Part shown: positions 59,568 through 64,000 of the stretch, piece by piece
Position numbering within the stretch: the stretch's first letter is position 1
Layout of the letters: every line of letters begins with the position of its first letter
DNA from: Hyphomicrobiaceae bacterium
GTDB taxonomy: Bacteria > Pseudomonadota > Alphaproteobacteria > Rhizobiales > Hyphomicrobiaceae
DNA: 64,000 bases
Direction of reading: 5' to 3'
NCBI GenBank assembly: GCA_041397775.1
Contig: JAWKWB010000011.1
Location: forward strand, 27,257 to 91,256
The notes under the pieces: model-generated
Told to the model about the DNA's origin: nothing
Seen by the model: only the letters and a program-made list of their open reading frames with translations
Databases searched by the model: none
Program-made: the position numbers and the translations under genes

Positions 59568-60968
59568 TTAACCTTTTTTCTCGGGCTCGAGCAAGGCCAG
59601 AGTTACGTAGACGGCGAGCGCCGACGCCAGGGCTATGAGATAAGGCGTTGTCAAATCGAGAAAAAACTTTCCGATCATCCATACGCCGATGCCCGATAAC
59701 AATGCCGCGAGGGCGCTTTTCGGGCCGCCGAAGGATGAAAAGATGCCCATCAGCGCCACGACGATCGCACCGGCGCTGCCGAAGGCCGATGCGAGTTCCA
59801 CGAGATCCTTGATGCGCTCGACGGACTGCGCGAGGCCCCACGCAACAATACTCAAGACGAGCACTGTGAGGCGCACGCTCCACAGGCGTGCTTCGGTGGA
59901 GAGCGCGGGCATCAGGCGCACGACGATGTTGTGGGAGAGCTGGGCGGCAGGCGCGTGCAGCGCCGCATGCACCACGGAGAGGATTGCCGAGACCAGCGCG
60001 CCGAGGAACAGCAGATAGGCCGGCCCGGGCAGGAAGGCTTCCGCCAGCCGGGGAACGACCTGTTCGGGTTCCGTCAACCCCGGCATGACAAGGGGGCCGA
60101 CAAGACCGAGTGCGACCGGCATCAGGCCTATCGCGAGGTACATCGCCCCACCGACGATGGTGCCTCCCGCGGCCGCACGAACCGAGGACGCGCCGAGAAA
60201 CCGCGAGATCAATTCCACCGATACGATGCTGCCGCACATGACCACGGCCATCTTCTCGACCAAGCCGATGGGGCCGTCCTCGTCAGGCTTGAAGATGTCG
60301 AGGCGGTCGGGCGCGATCTGGGGCGCAGCGGCACCGGGGGAGACGCCGGCGAAGTGGAGCAGAACGAGCCCGGTCAGGACGACCAGCCCCGCGATGACCG
60401 CAACGCCCTGAATGACGTCCGTCACGGCATCCGCCAGCAAGCCGCCGACCACCGAATAAGCGCCGACGAGGATGGCTGCCAACAGGATCGCGCTGGTCAA
60501 GTCGACCCCGCCGCTCGAACTCAGGATCTGCCCGAAAGCGCGGATCTGCGCTGCCGCCCAGAACAGCGAGCCTGGCATCAGCACCAGGACGAACACGCGC
60601 TCCACCGATGGAGAATAGCGCTCCCGGATCATGTCGGCGAAGGTCGTCACGCCGCTTCGCCACAGGGGCGCGGCCAGGAGCACGCCGACGACGACCACCG
60701 CAACACCGTAGCCCAGCGGATCGAGCAAGGCGCCGGAGAGGCCCTTGGCGTAGATCTCGCCCGCCGAAACCTGGACGGCTTCGGCACCGAACCAGGTCGC
60801 GAACACGGAAAAGGCGACCAGAATGCCACCCAGCTGGCGCCCCGCGAGGATATAGTCCCGCTCGTTGGCCATGCGGCGCGAGAACCAGGCGCCGATCGCG
60901 AACTGAATGAACACGTAGCCCAGTATCGCCGAGACGATCCCGGTGTTGATCCCCGAAAGGTTGAGCAT
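59568..60968 (-). CDS. Sodium:solute symporter (SSS) family transporter
   Basis: 466 aa, about 13 TM helices. N-terminal GAWFSRRMANERDYILAGRQLG...FATWFGAE is typical of the SSS family. Confidence 0.8.
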   Translation of the reverse strand: MLNLSGINTGIVSAILGYVFIQFAIGAWFSRRMANERDYILAGRQLGGILVAFSVFATWFGAEAVQVSAGEIYAKGLSGALLDPLGYGVAVVVVGVLLAAPLWRSGVTTFADMIRERYSPSVERVFVLVLMPGSLFWAAAQIRAFGQILSSSGGVDLTSAILLAAILVGAYSVVGGLLADAVTDVIQGVAVIAGLVVLTGLVLLHFAGVSPGAAAPQIAPDRLDIFKPDEDGPIGLVEKMAVVMCGSIVSVELISRFLGASSVRAAAGGTIVGGAMYLAIGLMPVALGLVGPLVMPGLTEPEQVVPRLAEAFLPGPAYLLFLGALVSAILSVVHAALHAPAAQLSHNIVVRLMPALSTEARLWSVRLTVLVLSIVAWGLAQSVERIKDLVELASAFGSAGAIVVALMGIFSSFGGPKSALAALLSGIGVWMIGKFFLDLTTPYLIALASALAVYVTLALLEPEKKG

Positions 60969-61209
60969 CGCGGATGGGCGCTCCGGTGGCTGAGGGCAGG
61001 ACGCAAGGTGCGGGAACTATCGAGCTACGGCAATCGTTCTCGATCCGGCGCGAGGGCGACAGTCGCCACTTCGTCCATCGAGAATGGCGATTACGCCGCC
61101 TTACTGTTTTTGACCAGCCGCCCCACCTATATTAGAAGCGTTCCAACATGAGCTGCGTGCGGGTCGACCCGCCGCTAAAACCGTATGGGACCCGGAGCTT
61201 AGCCGAACA

Positions 61210-61767
61210 ATGTTCATCCAAACAGAGCCCACGCCCAATCCCGCGACGTTGAAGTTCGTCCCCGGCCGTCCCGTGCTCGGTGACGGCACCGTCGACTATC
61301 GCGCGCCGACCGAGGCGATGCAGTCGCCGCTGGCCATGCGGCTGTTCGACGTCGAAGGCGTGACCGGCGTATTCCTGGGCGCGGACTTCATCTCCGTGAC
61401 CAAGGGAGACGCGGAGTGGCAGCATCTCAAGCCTGCGATCCTCGGCGCCATCATGGAACACTTCATGTCCGGCGCGCCCGTGGTCGACGACGGCGCGGAT
61501 GCCAACGACGGCCATGACGAGGATTTCGACGAGAAGGACGCCGAAGTCGTCGAGACCATCAAGGAGCTGATCGAAACGCGCGTCCGCCCTGCCGTGGCCA
61601 ACGACGGCGGCGATATCGTGTTCCGCGGCTTCCGCGACGGCATCGTGTATCTGCATATGCGCGGCGCCTGCGCCGGCTGTCCGAGTTCGACGGCGACCCT
61701 GCGCGGCGGCATCGAGCGCTTGCTGCAGCACTTCTGCCCGGAAGTCATGGAAGTACGCCCCGTCTGA
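61210..61767 (+). CDS. NifU/Nfu-family Fe-S cluster assembly protein
   Basis: Nfu_N domain (MFIQTEPTPNPATLKF) plus a NifU C-terminal domain with CAGCPSS. Confidence 0.9.
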   Translation: MFIQTEPTPNPATLKFVPGRPVLGDGTVDYRAPTEAMQSPLAMRLFDVEGVTGVFLGADFISVTKGDAEWQHLKPAILGAIMEHFMSGAPVVDDGADANDGHDEDFDEKDAEVVETIKELIETRVRPAVANDGGDIVFRGFRDGIVYLHMRGACAGCPSSTATLRGGIERLLQHFCPEVMEVRPV

Positions 61768-61797
61768 GGGGTCCCGTCCTGCAACGCCGGCTTGCCT

Positions 61798-61836
61798 TTG
61801 CCCCGCTCCCCGCGCAAAGAGTGGGGCAAATCTTTT
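61798..61836 (+). terminator. Putative rho-independent terminator after the nfu-like gene
   Basis: TTTGCCCC...GGGGCAAA stem followed by TCTTTT. Confidence 0.5.
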
Positions 61837-61872
61837 GACGTCCTCGTCGCCCATTGAACAGGAGTTCGCCCG

Positions 61873-62466
61873 ATGGCCTCGCGTCTCGACAGCACGGCTC
61901 TCGCCCAACTTTTCCTCGAGGCGCGGACGCACAATGCCTGGCTGCCGAAGGACGTGCCGGACGCCTTGCTCGAGGAGATCGTCGACCTCGCGAAGATGGG
62001 GCCGACCAGCGCGAACTGCTCGCCGACGCGGGTCATCTTCGTGAAGTCCGAAGCCGGCAAGAAACGGCTTTCGCCGTTCCTGTCGTCAGGCAACCGGGAC
62101 AAGACGCTGCAGGCGCCCGTCTGCGCCATCCTGGGCTACGACCTGCGCTTCTTCGAGCACCTGCCGAAACTGTTCCCGCACAACCTTTCGGCCCGGACGT
62201 GGTTCGAGAGCAGCGAGGAGATGGCGCGCACGACGGCGATGCGGAACGGCTCGCTGCAAGGCGCCTATCTGATGCTGGCGGCCCGCGCGGTGGGCCTCGA
62301 CTGCGGACCGATGTCGGGCTTCGATAACGCCGGCGTCGACAAGGAGTTCTTCGCGGGGACCGAGGTGAAGTCCAACTTCCTGTGCAATCTGGGCTATGGC
62401 GATGCGAAAGGGCTGTTCGACCGCTCGCCGCGCTTCGCCTTCGATGAGATGGCGAGCATCGTCTAG
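61873..62466 (+). CDS. Nitroreductase-family protein (malonic semialdehyde reductase RutE-like)
   Basis: 197 aa. LFLEARTHNAWLPKDVPD...GPTSANCSPTRV is typical of the RutE-like subfamily. Confidence 0.75.
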   Translation: MASRLDSTALAQLFLEARTHNAWLPKDVPDALLEEIVDLAKMGPTSANCSPTRVIFVKSEAGKKRLSPFLSSGNRDKTLQAPVCAILGYDLRFFEHLPKLFPHNLSARTWFESSEEMARTTAMRNGSLQGAYLMLAARAVGLDCGPMSGFDNAGVDKEFFAGTEVKSNFLCNLGYGDAKGLFDRSPRFAFDEMASIV

Positions 62467-62475
62467 TCCGCACCG

Positions 62476-63180
62476 ATGGCAATCCTCGCGCTCGATACCT
62501 GCCTCGGCGCCGTCTCCGTCGCCATTCTCGAGATGTCCGGCGCGATCGACGACGAGCGCCTGACGGAGATCTACGAGGAGCGGGCGACAGGCCACGCGGA
62601 GCGGCTGGTGCCGATGATGGCCGACGCGATGCAGCGGGCCGGCATCGCCGCATCGCAGATTTCGTGCATCGCCGTCACCACGGGGCCCGGCACGTTCACG
62701 GGCGTTCGTGTGGGCATTGCGGCGGCGCGCGCGCTCGCGGTGTCGCTGCAATGTCCCGTCGTGGGAACAACGTGCCTGGCCGTGTTGATGCATCAGGTCC
62801 GCGAGATGTGCGATGGGTCCCGCGGCGGCCGACCGGTCCTGATCGCCGTCGATGCGCGGCGGGGAGAGGCCTACGTACAGCTCTTCGGCCAGACCGCGAC
62901 CGATGTCCTGCTCACGGCCCGCACGATGACGCCCGCCGAAGCCGCCCGCGTGCTGGGGCCCCGCAAGCCGCTGGTCGCGGGATCGGCAGCGGTCGCCATG
63001 GCAGAAGCGTTCCGCGCGGAAGGATGTGATATCGAGATCATCACGGATCGAGTCGAGCCACATGCAGCCGCATTGGCCCGGCTCGCAGCTACGCTGCCGG
63101 TCCTCGATCCGGTACGACCACTCTACCTGCGTCCACCCGATGCGAAGCCGCAAGGCGACAAGTCACTGCCGAGGGCCTGA
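62476..63180 (+). CDS. tsaB: tRNA threonylcarbamoyladenosine (t6A) biosynthesis protein TsaB
   Basis: MAILALDTC...VTTGPGTFTGVRVGIAAARAL. Followed by rimI, as is usual. Confidence 0.85.
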   Translation: MAILALDTCLGAVSVAILEMSGAIDDERLTEIYEERATGHAERLVPMMADAMQRAGIAASQISCIAVTTGPGTFTGVRVGIAAARALAVSLQCPVVGTTCLAVLMHQVREMCDGSRGGRPVLIAVDARRGEAYVQLFGQTATDVLLTARTMTPAEAARVLGPRKPLVAGSAAVAMAEAFRAEGCDIEIITDRVEPHAAALARLAATLPVLDPVRPLYLRPPDAKPQGDKSLPRA

Positions 63181-63184
63181 TCCC

Positions 63185-63673
63185 ATGACCGATGCCACGA
63201 CCGCCATCGATCCGCGCTATGTCAGCCTGCTGTGGGCGACGCCGGAACACGCCGACGAGATCGCGCGTGTGCACGCGATGCTGTTCCCCACGCCGTGGGA
63301 GTCGGCCTCGATCCAACAGATGCTCAACGATCCCGGCTCCGTGGCGCTGGTGGCGGCGGGTGGAAACCCGCGCGTGATCGGCGGCTTCGTACTGGCGCAA
63401 GTGGCGGCCGACGAGGCGGAAATCCTGACCATCGGCGTGGCGGGTCCCTGGCAGCGCCACGGCATCGCGACGCGCCTCGTGGAGGGTGCCAAACGAGCCG
63501 CGAAGAAGGCCGGCGCGGAACGCATTTTCCTCGAGGTCGGACGACGCAACGCATCCGCGATCGCCCTCTACAAGAAGGCGGGATTTGCCGAGGTCGGCGA
63601 GCGCAAGGGCTACTACACGCTGCCCGACGGATCGAAGGAAGACGCCATCATCCTGCGCGCCGAACTCGGTTGA
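63185..63673 (+). CDS. rimI: Ribosomal-protein-alanine N-acetyltransferase (GNAT)
   Basis: 162 aa from the ATG at 63185. GNAT motif A (QRHGIATRLVEGAKRAAKKAGAERIFLEV) and the tsaB context. Confidence 0.8.
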   Translation: MTDATTAIDPRYVSLLWATPEHADEIARVHAMLFPTPWESASIQQMLNDPGSVALVAAGGNPRVIGGFVLAQVAADEAEILTIGVAGPWQRHGIATRLVEGAKRAAKKAGAERIFLEVGRRNASAIALYKKAGFAEVGERKGYYTLPDGSKEDAIILRAELG

Positions 63674-63767
63674 TGCCGAACGATCGCGCAATTGCCTGAT
63701 CCACGGGCTTGATGCCGGCGGCGCTTGATGGTCTGCTGCTCCGCAACCCTGCGGAGACCCAGACACC

Positions 63768-63980
63768 ATGGCAGCCCAAGATCCAAAAATCGAGGAACGG
63801 CTCGCGCTCGTCAAAGCGACGGGCCTTTCCATGAATGCGGCCGACGACAAGCGCGTCGGGGACAGCGTGCGCGCGTCCCTGATGGCCCTCGACGCAGTCG
63901 CGAGCGGTTCGATGTTCGACACCGAGCCTCTGCATTTCGAGCGCGCCCTCAAGGCTCACGCCAGAAAGGGCGATGCATGA
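63768..63980 (+). CDS. Small protein, possibly a DUF4089/AtzG-like amidase partner
   Basis: 70 aa. ATGA overlap with the next ORF. The family assignment is tentative and from memory. Confidence 0.45.
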   Translation: MAAQDPKIEERLALVKATGLSMNAADDKRVGDSVRASLMALDAVASGSMFDTEPLHFERALKAHARKGDA

Positions 63981-64000
63981 CCGAGATCGCGGACTGGACT
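63977..64000 (+). CDS. 5' end of an ORF truncated by the window edge (MTEIADWT...)
   Basis: The ATG overlaps the upstream stop. Only 8 codons are visible, so the product cannot be determined from this window. Confidence 0.3.

Noticed and set aside
61835-62327. Alternative-frame ORFs overlapping the RutE-like gene (157 aa and 69 aa)
   Set aside because: They are out of frame with a well-supported nitroreductase-family CDS and have Arg/Pro-rich composition.

Overview
This is a 64-kb, gene-dense, high-GC chromosomal segment. G+C was judged by eye, not computed. The gene content points to an alphaproteobacterium of the Hyphomicrobiales (Bradyrhizobiaceae-like): TIGR02302 low-complexity protein, cysE-DUF3126, glnB-glnA, nfu-tsaB-rimI. 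I support about 62 CDS. I found no rRNA or tRNA genes, no CRISPR array, and no transposase, integrase or phage genes.

Housekeeping and metabolic content:
- Transport: a LivGFHM plus binding-protein ABC operon, a second Fe(3+)/polyamine-type ABC operon, and MATE, AEC, MFS and SSS transporters.
- Core functions: glnB-glnA, uvrD, cysE, nnr, nfu, tsaB-rimI.
- Enzymes: two paralogous enoyl-CoA hydratases, an amidase, a GMC oxidoreductase and two RNA methyltransferases.

Observations most worth follow-up:
1. A translationally coupled minus-strand operon (25.5-29.8 kb). A signal-less sulfite-oxidase-fold molybdoenzyme is followed by a complete but re-ordered succinate dehydrogenase/fumarate reductase-like set (FeS, anchor, anchor, flavoprotein). 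A TauE/SafE exporter lies next to it and a sulfotransferase is nearby.
2. A HAD phosphatase / class-III aminotransferase / alpha-beta hydrolase / FemAB-like acyltransferase operon, behind an SSS transporter (54.8-61.0 kb).
3. A membrane-anchored EB_dh-type heme-domain protein plus a DUF2231 protein, preceded by a perfect FNR/FixK box.
4. Two paralogous small periplasmic proteins bracketing a GMC oxidoreductase. Both have the same upstream direct-repeat motif.
5. A family of nested palindromic intergenic mosaic elements (RIME/BIME-like) at five loci. One fills the gap between the binding-protein and permease genes of an ABC operon and supplies the stop codon of the binding-protein gene.

All product calls rest on motif and family recognition by eye from the supplied translations. 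No database search was run. Many ORF-track entries are antisense or out-of-frame shadow ORFs typical of high-GC DNA and were discarded. Several ORF starts were moved to internal ATG/GTG codons, with reasons given per feature.
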